Shown: positions 1-8,193 of the stretch, in pieces
Position numbering within the stretch: the first letter of the stretch is position 1
How the letters are laid out: each line of letters opens with the position of its first letter
Origin: an uncultured Lachnospiraceae bacterium
Lineage (GTDB): Bacteria > Bacillota > Clostridia > Lachnospirales > Anaerotignaceae
Reading direction: 5' to 3'
Length of the DNA stretch: 64,000 bases
Assembly (NCBI GenBank): GCA_944380405.1
Contig: CALWHO010000181.1
Span: forward strand, 74 to 64,073
The notes under the pieces: model-generated
The model's input: only the letters and a program-made list of their open reading frames with translations
The model's database searches: none
What the model was told of the DNA's origin: nothing
Position numbers and translations under genes: made by a program

Positions 1-3
1 CTA

Positions 4-26
4 CCCCCAGTTGAACTGGGGGTTTT
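4..26 (+). terminator. intrinsic terminator-like hairpin at the window edge
   Basis: The stem cccccag/ctggggg has loop ttgaa and is followed by TTTT. It presumably ends a + strand gene lying upstream of the window. Confidence 0.45.
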
Positions 27-85
27 GTCATACCTGTTCGGCGTACAATAAAAATAAAGCGGAACGAAGTGTTCCACTTTTATTT

Positions 86-382
86 TTATATAATTTCTTT
101 TACTGTATGCTCTGTAAGTTCAGAAAGTATTTTTATTTTTTCGTTTATCATTGTTCTAAAGCAGTTTGGAAGGTGTTCCTGATGTGCTCTGTGTATTGCC
201 ACGCATTCTTTGCAGTTGCCGTGGTATCGGCAGCTTTTTGTGCAGCTGCAGTGGTCTTTTTGTGCAAATTCTTTTCTAAATTCTGCCGCAAATTCTTCCT
301 GTAATATAAGTCCTTTTTCTCTGTTGCCCTTATGAAATTCTTTCATGGCAGCTTTTTCTTTTTCATTTCCATCAATAATCAT
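86..382 (-). CDS. small Cys/His-rich putative metal-binding protein (98 aa)
   Basis: I trimmed the ORF to the ATG at 382, which follows a GGAGG-type RBS (ggaggtatttttt ATG). The C-terminal half carries CSC..C..HGNCKECVAIH..H..H..C spacing. I could not assign a family. Confidence 0.55.
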   Translation of the reverse strand: MIIDGNEKEKAAMKEFHKGNREKGLILQEEFAAEFRKEFAQKDHCSCTKSCRYHGNCKECVAIHRAHQEHLPNCFRTMINEKIKILSELTEHTVKEII

Positions 383-484
383 AAAAAATACCTCCCAAAG
401 AACTATATCTATAAAACAACATAAATATAATATCATATCAGGAGGGGTTATATCAATCTATATAGATATAAAATTTACTTATGT

Positions 485-1207
485 TTATATAAGCTTCATT
501 AATTTTGCTGCATTATTATAGAAAACATCTTCCATAGCCTTTTCATCAAGACCGCTTGAAAGTACTTTCTGTGCTTCAACAGCAGCAGGGTGGAAAGGTG
601 CATCTGTGCCGAACATTATTCTGTCGTGACCTATTGTTTCGTAGGCTTCTTTAATTTTTGATGGCATAGGCATGCCTGACATTTCAAGATAAATATTAGG
701 GTATCTTTTAGCCATTTTTAATGCTGCATCAATATAAACACCATGACCATGACCCATGTGTATCATAACAAGATTTACTTTTGGGTACCTTTCGGCTAAA
801 AGTCCAATGCTCCAAGGCAATGAGTATGGTGCGTGACCACTATGCATGAAAACTGGAATATTAAGATCTTCTGCAGCTTTCATAATAGGGTCCATTACTT
901 CACTGTCGGCAACATAAGCATGGCGTAAAGGATTGCATTTTATGCCCTTAAAGCCTTTATTTTGAACATAATCGTAAATTTCGTCAACAGCCTTTTCACC
1001 GTCATAAGGGTTAGGATAAACAAGTCCTATTATTCTCTCTGGATATGCATCCCTTGTTTTAAGGCAAAGGTCGTTTGGCTGTGCGCAAAGTATTGTTTTT
1101 TCTATTTCAAAATCGTCCATTTGTTTTATAAGCTCTTCAGGAGTTATTGAAACATTTGCCCAGCCACCAAATTCTCCTACATGAGCATGAGCGTCTATTT
1201 TTTTCAT
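485..1207 (-). CDS. amidohydrolase-family metal-dependent hydrolase (TIM barrel)
   Basis: The protein starts MKKIDAHAHVGEF, an HxH metal motif, and has later H and D motifs (MHSGH, IHMGHGHG, FGTDAP). The ATG at 1207 is preceded by GGAG. Confidence 0.8.
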   Translation of the reverse strand: MKKIDAHAHVGEFGGWANVSITPEELIKQMDDFEIEKTILCAQPNDLCLKTRDAYPERIIGLVYPNPYDGEKAVDEIYDYVQNKGFKGIKCNPLRHAYVADSEVMDPIMKAAEDLNIPVFMHSGHAPYSLPWSIGLLAERYPKVNLVMIHMGHGHGVYIDAALKMAKRYPNIYLEMSGMPMPSKIKEAYETIGHDRIMFGTDAPFHPAAVEAQKVLSSGLDEKAMEDVFYNNAAKLMKLI

Positions 1208-1211
1208 ATTA

Positions 1212-1721
1212 TTACATCTCCTTAACAAATTTAAGCACTTTTGATTTATCAAGTACTCCTACAAGTATAACGGCTATAATAATGCCGCAAATTGTCTGAA
1301 TTGTAAGCCCTGGAAGTCTTACTATGGCATAAGAAATACCGAAAAGAGGTATTTTTACTAAAGTATAGAGAGCTATCTGTATAATGCCGCCTATAACTGA
1401 CCCTGCAATATATCCCCATGATGATGAAGAAAGTATTTTTTCAGTAAATAATCCCATAACATATGCCATTATAAACTTAATTATAAATGTAGGAAGTATC
1501 CAAACAGCATATCCTCCTGCAAAGTCTGCAAGAGCAGCACCTATACCGCCTGCAAAAGCACCTTTTTGTCTGCCTAAAACAAGTACAGCAATAAGTATAA
1601 AAGCGTCACCTAAATGAGTATATCCATTTGGAGAAGGTATTTTAAATGTGTATGTGAATATGAAAACAAGGGCAGCCATTAAACCGCATTTAGCTATTTC
1701 TTTTGTGTTTAAGTTATTCAT
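1212..1721 (-). CDS. ECF-transporter substrate-capture (S) component, substrate unknown
   Basis: This is a 169 aa polytopic membrane protein starting MNNLNTKEIAK. It is Gly-rich (GYTHLGDA, GGIGAALADFAGGY), typical of ECF S components. The ATG at 1721 follows AAAGGAGGAA. Confidence 0.7.
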   Translation of the reverse strand: MNNLNTKEIAKCGLMAALVFIFTYTFKIPSPNGYTHLGDAFILIAVLVLGRQKGAFAGGIGAALADFAGGYAVWILPTFIIKFIMAYVMGLFTEKILSSSSWGYIAGSVIGGIIQIALYTLVKIPLFGISYAIVRLPGLTIQTICGIIIAVILVGVLDKSKVLKFVKEM

Positions 1722-1844
1722 ATATATTCCTCCTTTATTTTTTATTATAAAACGATACCATACAATATATTTAATATCTATATAAGTGACAAAAAACAGA
1801 TGAGTTGTATGGGTACAATATTTAGAATTGTAATAATACAATTT

Positions 1845-2145
1845 CGTCAAAGGCTCATTTCATTCAAGCCTTTGACGAGAAGACAGAAGTATAAAGCACA
1901 TGGTCAGCACTTTTCTTCGAAAAGTCAGCTTCGCTGACCCGCACATCTTTGTGGGTGCCAAGTTCCATCGGCTAAAAAGCCTTGAAACTCACTGTCGGCA
2001 TTTTCCTTTGGAAAACGGCTTTGCCGTCTTAGTTCGTCAGGTGCTTTGCTTTTACTCGTCGGAAGTGAATTCCGCCTGCGGATTCCATTTGGGAAACTCT
2101 TCGTTTCCCAAACCTTTCCGCTAACTAAATGTGATAAAAAATATT
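1845..2145 (+). repeat. E-family structured intergenic repeat, copy E1
   Basis: E1 is homologous to 4316-4511 (+) and to 23429-23711 (-). The shared right module is ctcgtcggaagtgaattccgcctgcggatt...gggaaactcttcgtttccc...cctttccgc. The shared left hairpin is tcaaaggc-tcatttcattcaa-gcctttga. Confidence 0.8.
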
Positions 2146-2149
2146 TTAT

Positions 2150-2182
2150 GTACAATAAAAAAGAAGAACATTTCTGTTCTCC
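2150..2182 (-). terminator. intrinsic terminator of the flavin reductase-like gene
   Basis: On the minus strand the hairpin agaaca-gaaa-tgttct is followed by a T-rich run. Confidence 0.6.
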
Positions 2183-2192
2183 TTTTTGATTA

Positions 2193-2690
2193 TTATTTTT
2201 CTAAAACATCAATTATTTCTGCTACATACATCATGTGGTAGTCTTTATTTGGGTACCATTTATCTATAATTGATTTATCAATGAAGTTTTCTTCTTTAAT
2301 TTCCTGTGAATACATTTTTTTGCAAATAAGAACGAGTCTGCCTTCTTCAAAATAAGGTGTGTTTTCGTCATGGGCAACTGTAAGACCTGTTTTTGCTATT
2401 TTGTCCTCGTCACGACCTGAAACTGTACCAAAGTAAGACATAGTTTCTCTGTAGCTTTCAGGAAGTATTGTTATTGAAAATGTATCGCCATTATCAACAA
2501 ATTCCTTTGTGTATCTCTGTGGACGAATACCTACTACAACGGCATTTTTGCCCCACATAACACCGCCAAAGCCCCATGAAGCTGTCATGGCGTTAACTTT
2601 GCCGTCTTTTTGGGCTGCTACAAGCATCCAGTCTTTGCCTATAAGCTTAAAAATGTTGTCGTTAATGTTTTCTGGTAATATTTTTTTCAT
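2193..2690 (-). CDS. flavin reductase-like (FMN-binding split-barrel) domain protein
   Basis: The 165 aa protein reads MKKILPEN...NAMTASWGFGGVMWGKNAVVVGIRPQRYT, which is typical of the flavin reductase family. Confidence 0.8.
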   Translation of the reverse strand: MKKILPENINDNIFKLIGKDWMLVAAQKDGKVNAMTASWGFGGVMWGKNAVVVGIRPQRYTKEFVDNGDTFSITILPESYRETMSYFGTVSGRDEDKIAKTGLTVAHDENTPYFEEGRLVLICKKMYSQEIKEENFIDKSIIDKWYPNKDYHMMYVAEIIDVLEK

Positions 2691-2695
2691 GTCTA

Positions 2696-3553
2696 TCAGT
2701 TCCTTTCTTCTTTGATTTTTTCTAAAAAGCTGTATGGTATTTTTAAATTGCCTTTTCCTGTGCCAAGGAATATATCTTTTTTGTTAAGACCATGGAAGTC
2801 ACTGCCGCCACTAAACAAAAGTTCTTCTTCTGTGGCTATGCGGGTAATTTCTCTTTCCTGCTCGCTTTTGTATGTGGAATACATTACTTCCATACCCTTA
2901 AGACCAATTTCTTTAAGGTCTTTTACCATATTTCTTATGTTGTGGTAGTCCATACCATAAAGAGTAGGGTGAGCAAGTATTGCTACTCCGCCGCTTTTTG
3001 TAATAATATCTATTGCTTCTTTGGGCGAAATAAGGTTTCGTGGCACAAAGCCAGGCATGCCAGAAGATATATATTTTTCAAAGGCTTCCTTTATTGTGGA
3101 TATATAGCCTTTTTTAACCATAAGCCTTGCATAATGGGCTCTTGTTATGTTTCCATAGTGTGAAAACTCCCTAAGCTCATCAAGTGTCATAGGAAAGCCT
3201 ATTGATGTAAGCTTTTCAGCCATTTTTTCATTTCTTGAAAGTCTTTCTGCACTTATTTCTTTTGTTTTTTCTATAATATATGGATTTAAATGGTCAACAA
3301 AAAGACCTACAATATGGATTTCTTTTTTATTGCCTAAAAAGTTATAGTATGCTGCAAGTTCTATACCGCTTATGGCTTCTACGCCGTATTTTTCGCCGGC
3401 TTTTTTAAAGTCTTCTATGCCGCTAACTGTGTCGTGGTCTGTAAGGGCAACAGCTTTTAAATTTAAATTTGATGCTTCTGCCATTATTTCCTCAGGGGTA
3501 TATGTTCCATCGGAAAATGTGGAATGTGTATGAAGATCAATATATTTTTCCAT
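2696..3553 (-). CDS. PHP-domain phosphoesterase (TrpH/YciV-like)
   Basis: The protein starts MEKYIDLHTHSTFSDG and contains ALTDHD and GGSDFHG motifs. The ATG at 3553 follows AAAGAGGTGA. The upstream part of the listed ORF has no support. Confidence 0.8.
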   Translation of the reverse strand: MEKYIDLHTHSTFSDGTYTPEEIMAEASNLNLKAVALTDHDTVSGIEDFKKAGEKYGVEAISGIELAAYYNFLGNKKEIHIVGLFVDHLNPYIIEKTKEISAERLSRNEKMAEKLTSIGFPMTLDELREFSHYGNITRAHYARLMVKKGYISTIKEAFEKYISSGMPGFVPRNLISPKEAIDIITKSGGVAILAHPTLYGMDYHNIRNMVKDLKEIGLKGMEVMYSTYKSEQEREITRIATEEELLFSGGSDFHGLNKKDIFLGTGKGNLKIPYSFLEKIKEERN

Positions 3554-3655
3554 ATAAATCACCTCTTTTAATATTAGATTATAACACAAAAAACTTGACC
3601 ATGAATATTTTTGTAATTTTTGGAATAAAATTTTACAAAAGGGAGGCGTATATTT

Positions 3656-4045
3656 ATGGCTGAAAAAAACAAACAAATAAATGGCTCATTTAAAAACTAT
3701 ATTAAGGCTGCTTTAGCAGCATATATAATTACGGCAGTAGTGTTTATAGTGTCTGCAATTCTTCTTACATATGGCAAGGCAAATGAAGACACAATAAAAA
3801 TACTTTCTTTTGTATCAACATTTATAAGTGCCGCTGCTGCCGGATATATAACGGCATCAGGTATGGAAAAAAGAGGCATACTTTGGGGTGCATTAGGCGG
3901 ACTTATATATGCGGCAATACTTATGGCTATATTTTATATATTTGGCAAAAATACAGATTTTACTTCTGGTAAGGTTTTATGCCTTGTATTTTCACTTATA
4001 GGAGGAGCCTTAGGCGGTATTTTTGGAATTAACACCAAAAAATGA
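3656..4045 (+). CDS. small four-TM membrane protein (YrzE-like)
   Basis: The 129 aa protein has four hydrophobic segments and follows a GGGAGG RBS. It lies immediately upstream of the SCIFF pair. Confidence 0.65.
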   Translation: MAEKNKQINGSFKNYIKAALAAYIITAVVFIVSAILLTYGKANEDTIKILSFVSTFISAAAAGYITASGMEKRGILWGALGGLIYAAILMAIFYIFGKNTDFTSGKVLCLVFSLIGGALGGIFGINTKK

Positions 4046-4066
4046 CTTTTCAAAATCTTATATACA

Positions 4067-4075
4067 TGATATAAT
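4067..4075 (+). promoter_or_regulatory. candidate extended -10 (TGaTATAAT) upstream of scfA
   Basis: catGaTATAAT lies about 45 nt upstream of the scfA ATG. I saw no clear -35 box. Confidence 0.3.
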
Positions 4076-4117
4076 GCAGTAAGATATTTTTGATTATTTT
4101 AAAGGAGGACGATATAT

Positions 4118-4258
4118 ATGAAACATGTTAAAACATTAAATACATGCATGCTTAAAAATACAATCGCTAAAGGCGGCTGCGGCGAATGCCAGACATCATG
4201 TCAGTCAGCTTGCAAAACATCATGTACTGTAGCAAACCAGGCATGTGAAAACAGATAA
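4118..4258 (+). CDS. scfA: SCIFF (six cysteines in forty-five residues) ranthipeptide precursor, 46 aa
   Basis: This gene is not in the ORF track because it is under 60 aa. My hand translation is MKHVKTLNTCMLKNTIAKGGCGECQTSCQSACKTSCTVANQACENR. It has an AAAGGAGGA RBS, matches the GGCGECQTSCQSACKTSC signature, and sits upstream of the cognate radical SAM gene. Confidence 0.9.
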   Translation: MKHVKTLNTCMLKNTIAKGGCGECQTSCQSACKTSCTVANQACENR

Positions 4259-4290
4259 TTTCTGTTTAAGTGATTAAGCTTGTTTAAGAC

Positions 4291-4313
4291 GGGTGCAGAA
4301 AGCTTCTGCACCT
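4291..4313 (+). terminator. hairpin HP-L (ggtgcagaa-agc-ttctgcacc), proximal copy of a duplicated hairpin
   Basis: A perfect 9 bp stem lies 33 nt after the scfA stop and is followed only by tatttta. It is a near-duplicate of the hairpin at 4514-4533. Confidence 0.5.
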
Positions 4314-4315
4314 AT

Positions 4316-4511
4316 TTTAGGCAAAATCAGGATTTTGCCTAGGTTACTGGCGGTATAAAAAGAAAGTTCCTGCGGCAATATCTGCCTTGAAACTTTCTTT
4401 TTTCCTCGACGGAAGTCAATTCCGTCTGCGGATTACAATAAGGAACCTCTTTGGTTCCCTATACCTTCCAGCTGTTTTATTTTTTTAAAATTATATTTGT
4501 TTTGAAGGTAT
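4316..4511 (+). repeat. E-family structured intergenic repeat, copy E2 (short variant)
   Basis: E2 shares with E1 and E3 the motif ggtataaaa, the stem agaaagtt/aactttct, and the module cctcgacggaagtcaattccgtctgcggatt...ggaacc-tcttt-ggttcc...ccttcc. Confidence 0.75.
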
Positions 4512-4513
4512 GG

Positions 4514-4544
4514 GGTGCAGATGTATCTGCACCTGAATTTTTTT
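4514..4544 (+). terminator. hairpin HP-R (ggtgcagat-gt-atctgcacc) plus T-run; attenuator/terminator between scfA and scfB
   Basis: A perfect 9 bp stem is followed by tgaattttttt and lies 37 nt upstream of the scfB ATG. Confidence 0.55.
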
Positions 4545-4580
4545 GTAACGAAGTTTTTTTGATTTGGAAAGGAGAACATC

Positions 4581-5948
4581 ATGATCCATAAATTTAGTAT
4601 GAATGGCGTTAATGTTGTTATGGACGTAAATAGCGGTGCTGTTCATGTGGTGGATGATATTATATACGACCTTGCAGATGCATTTGAAAACATGAGCGAG
4701 GCAGAAATTATAAATAAATTTTCAGACAAGTATTCTGAAGAAGAAATAAAAGAAGCCGTTTCTGAAATGAAAGAGCTTAAAGATAATGGCATGCTTTTTA
4801 CAGAAGACGAGTATGAAAACGTACTTGATATGGTAGGCAAAAGACAGCCAGTTGTAAAGGCGCTTTGCCTTCATATTGCCCATGACTGTAACTTAAAATG
4901 CAGATACTGTTTTGCAGAAGAAGGCGAATACCATGGTCACAGAAGCCTTATGAGTGCCAAGGTAGGAAAGGCTGCCATAGATTTTATAATCAAAAACAGC
5001 GGCTCAAGAAGAAACCTTGAAGTTGACTTCTTTGGCGGTGAGCCTTTAATGAATTTTGAAGTAGTTAAGGAAATTGTGGAATACGCAAGAGAGGAAGAAG
5101 TTAAATACGGCAAAAACTTCCGTTTCACAATTACTACAAACGGTATACTCCTTGATGACGAAATTCAGGACTACATAAATAAAAACATGCACAACGTAGT
5201 TATAAGCCTTGACGGTAGAAAAGAAGTAAACGACAGAATGCGTCCAAGAGCTGGAGGACAGGGCAGCTATGACGTTATAGTGCCTAAGTTTATAAAGCTT
5301 GCTGAAAGCAGAAATCAGACAGACTATTACATAAGAGGAACATTTACAAGACATAACCTTGATTTTTCAAAAGACGTTCTTCATATGGCAGATTTAGGTT
5401 TTAAACAGATTTCAGTTGAGCCAGTTGTAGGCGAAGAAACAGAAGACTATACAATAAGAGAAGAAGATCTTCCAAAGGTTTACGAAGAATATGAAAAGCT
5501 TGCATGTGAGCTTTATGAAAGACATAAAGAAGGCGGTAAGAGAGATTTTAATTTCTTCCACTTTATGATTGACCTTTCAGGCGGTCCATGTGTGGCTAAA
5601 AGACTTGTAGGCTGTGGCAGTGGTACAGAATATCTTGCCGTAACTCCAGAAGGCGACCTTTATCCATGTCATCAGTTTGTAGGTCTTGATGACTTCAAAA
5701 TGGGTACAGTTTTTGACGGCGTAGAAAGAATGGATATACGTGAAGAATTTGAAAAATGCAACGTATATGCTAAAGAGGACTGCAAAAAATGCTGGTGCAG
5801 ATTCTACTGCAGTGGCGGCTGTGCAGCAAATGCATATCAGCTTAACGGCGATATATTAAAGCCTTATAAGCTTAGCTGTGATTTACAGAAAAAACGTGTT
5901 GAATGTGCAATTATGATTAAGGCAAAGGAATTTCAGGAGGAAAACTAA
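4581..5948 (+). CDS. scfB: SCIFF radical SAM maturase (thioether cross-link forming, SPASM domain)
   Basis: The 455 aa protein has the CNLKCRYC radical SAM motif and a C-terminal Cys-rich SPASM region (CGSG...CHQF...CKKCWCRFYCSGGC). It is adjacent to scfA. Confidence 0.9.
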   Translation: MIHKFSMNGVNVVMDVNSGAVHVVDDIIYDLADAFENMSEAEIINKFSDKYSEEEIKEAVSEMKELKDNGMLFTEDEYENVLDMVGKRQPVVKALCLHIAHDCNLKCRYCFAEEGEYHGHRSLMSAKVGKAAIDFIIKNSGSRRNLEVDFFGGEPLMNFEVVKEIVEYAREEEVKYGKNFRFTITTNGILLDDEIQDYINKNMHNVVISLDGRKEVNDRMRPRAGGQGSYDVIVPKFIKLAESRNQTDYYIRGTFTRHNLDFSKDVLHMADLGFKQISVEPVVGEETEDYTIREEDLPKVYEEYEKLACELYERHKEGGKRDFNFFHFMIDLSGGPCVAKRLVGCGSGTEYLAVTPEGDLYPCHQFVGLDDFKMGTVFDGVERMDIREEFEKCNVYAKEDCKKCWCRFYCSGGCAANAYQLNGDILKPYKLSCDLQKKRVECAIMIKAKEFQEEN

Positions 5949-8090
5949 ATGAACAGCAAAGGTAAAAGCCTTGTAGTTCTTGCGGTGCTTGTTATAGCAG
6001 CTGCTCTTTTCTCTGTTGCAGCTTTCTTCGGTGTTAACTCAAACGGTCTTTTAAGCATAAGAGATATTAAGCTTGGTCTTGACTTAAGCGGCGGTGTATC
6101 TATTGTTTATGAGGCTCAAAAGGAAGATGTAACAGACGATGAAATGGCAACAGCCGTAAGTCTTATACAAAGGCGTCTTGACAGAAAAGGTTGGTCTGAA
6201 GCAGAAGCCGCAAGACAGGGCACAAACAGAATCAGGGTTGAAATACCTGGTGTTGAAGATGCAGAAGAAGCTATAAACGAGCTTGGAAAAACTGCACAGC
6301 TCCAGTTTTTAACAGAAGATGGCACAGTTGTACTTACAGGTGCTGAGGTTGAAGATGCAAGAAAAGAAGTAGGTAAGGTAAGCAAAGACTCAGCTTCTGA
6401 GCCGTATGTATCATTAAAGTTTGATGCAGAAGGTACAGCAGCATTTGCAGAGGCTACTAAAAATAACATCGGTAAGCCAATATTAATAGTTATGGACGAA
6501 GATGTTATAAGCTCACCTGTTGTTCAAAATGAAATATCAACTGGTGAATGTATGATTACAGGCAGCTTCACAGGTGAAAGTGCTGAAGACCTTGCAAGCC
6601 TTATAAGAGAAGGCTCCATGCCTTTTAATCTTTCTGTAATAGAAATGAGCAACATCGGTGCAAGACTTGGCGCTAATGCCCTTGAAACAAGTACTGTTGC
6701 AGCTGCAATAGGTATAGGTCTTGTATTCCTCTTTATGCTCCTTGCATATAGACTTCTTGGCTTTGCAGCAGACTGGGCTCTTTGCATATATCTTGCTCTT
6801 GAAATAATTATAATAAGTGCTTTAAATATAACTCTTACACTTCCTGGCATTGCCGGTGTTATACTTTCTGTAGGTATGGCAGTAGATGCCAATGTAATTA
6901 TATTTGAAAGACTTAAAGAAGAAGTACTTTCCGGAAAGACATTAAGAGTAGCTGTTAAATCAGGCTTTTCAAGAGCTCTTCCTGCAATACTTGACGGAAA
7001 CATAACAACATTTATAGCTGCTCTTGTACTTTATTTTATGGGTACAGGTACAATAAGAGGCTTTGCATATACTCTTATGATTGGTATTGTTGTTTCTATG
7101 TTTACAGCAATTGTTGTTACAAGACTTATAATTAAAGGCTTTATTGGTCTTGGTTTAACATCAAATGCGCTTTATGGCATTAAAGAAAACAAAAAAGAAG
7201 CTGCAGAAAAGAAATTTAATGTTGTTAAACACAGAGCTAAATATTTTGCTCTTTCAATAGTTCTTATAGCTTGTGGTATTGTATCTATGGCAGTTAATGG
7301 TGTAGGTGGAAAAGGCATATTTAACTACGACATAGAATTTACAGGCGGTACAGCAATTACTGTTGATATGGGTAAGGAATTTAATAATGATGATGTGGCT
7401 GCTGTATGCGAAGAAGTAACAGGTCAGTCAAATCCTCAAATCCAGAAGATACTTGGCACAAACGAAGTTTCTATTAAGCTTCAAAATATCGACAGCGAAA
7501 CAAGAACAGCTCTTACAGAAGCTTTTATAAATGAATTTGGTATTACAAAGGACAATATTTTAAGTATTGAAGATATAAGTGCAACAGTAAGCGGTGAAAT
7601 GCAGCAAAAGGCACTTATAGCTGTTTTAATATCATGTGCAGCAATGCTTATATACATCACATTTAGATTTAGTGATTTTAAAATGGGCGTAAGCTCAATA
7701 CTTGCCCTTTGCCATGACGTGCTTATAATGCTTGCTTTTTATGCAGTGTTCAGAATACCTGTAAATAACTCATTTATAGCGGCAGTGCTTACAGTTCTTG
7801 GTTATTCAATAAATGCAACTATAGTTATATTTGACAGAGTACGTGAAAACAAAAATATGGGCGAAAGGCTTTCTAATGAAGACCTTGTGGACATAAGCGT
7901 AAAACAGACTCTTAGAAGAAGTGTTTATACATCTTTAACAACATTTCTTGCCATAGGTGCCGTTTATGTATGCGGAGTTAATTCCGTTAAGGAATTTGCC
8001 CTTCCAATAATGGTTGGTGTAATAAGCGGTATGTATTCTTCAATATTCCTTTCAGGCTCTATGTTGTACATGATTAAAAAAGATAAATAA
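5949..8090 (+). CDS. secDF: protein translocase subunit SecDF (fused)
   Basis: The 713 aa protein has two six-TM SecD/SecF modules and periplasmic domains. Its ATG overlaps the scfB stop (TAAATG). Confidence 0.9.
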   Translation: MNSKGKSLVVLAVLVIAAALFSVAAFFGVNSNGLLSIRDIKLGLDLSGGVSIVYEAQKEDVTDDEMATAVSLIQRRLDRKGWSEAEAARQGTNRIRVEIPGVEDAEEAINELGKTAQLQFLTEDGTVVLTGAEVEDARKEVGKVSKDSASEPYVSLKFDAEGTAAFAEATKNNIGKPILIVMDEDVISSPVVQNEISTGECMITGSFTGESAEDLASLIREGSMPFNLSVIEMSNIGARLGANALETSTVAAAIGIGLVFLFMLLAYRLLGFAADWALCIYLALEIIIISALNITLTLPGIAGVILSVGMAVDANVIIFERLKEEVLSGKTLRVAVKSGFSRALPAILDGNITTFIAALVLYFMGTGTIRGFAYTLMIGIVVSMFTAIVVTRLIIKGFIGLGLTSNALYGIKENKKEAAEKKFNVVKHRAKYFALSIVLIACGIVSMAVNGVGGKGIFNYDIEFTGGTAITVDMGKEFNNDDVAAVCEEVTGQSNPQIQKILGTNEVSIKLQNIDSETRTALTEAFINEFGITKDNILSIEDISATVSGEMQQKALIAVLISCAAMLIYITFRFSDFKMGVSSILALCHDVLIMLAFYAVFRIPVNNSFIAAVLTVLGYSINATIVIFDRVRENKNMGERLSNEDLVDISVKQTLRRSVYTSLTTFLAIGAVYVCGVNSVKEFALPIMVGVISGMYSSIFLSGSMLYMIKKDK

Positions 8091-8193
8091 TGAAATATAA
8101 GCCGTCTTTTAGGTGTTTGAAAAAAGAGCATTATTTTTAGATGCCTTAAAAAACAGCCTTAAAGGCGGTTTTTGTTTCGGAGGACAGAAAAAT

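Noticed and set aside
1880-1895. The conserved GTATAAA box in E1, E2 and E3 as a -10 promoter element.
   Set aside because: The only -35-like hexamers (TTGACG, TTGCCT, TTGCCG) lie just 11-13 nt upstream, outside the 16-18 nt window.
1900-2155. ORFs 1900..2124 (+) and 1925..2155 (-) inside E1, and 23450..23713 (-) inside E3, as genes.
   Set aside because: They lie entirely within the non-coding repeat and have no RBS. Conservation between copies follows base-pairing, not codons.
1722-2192. E1 as a riboswitch or leader for the downstream ECF S-component gene.
   Set aside because: The same element occurs in a 3' position after scfA and after pyrG, in orientations that cannot all be 5' leaders. 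It does not resemble the TPP, FMN, preQ1, cobalamin or THF riboswitch cores I can recall.
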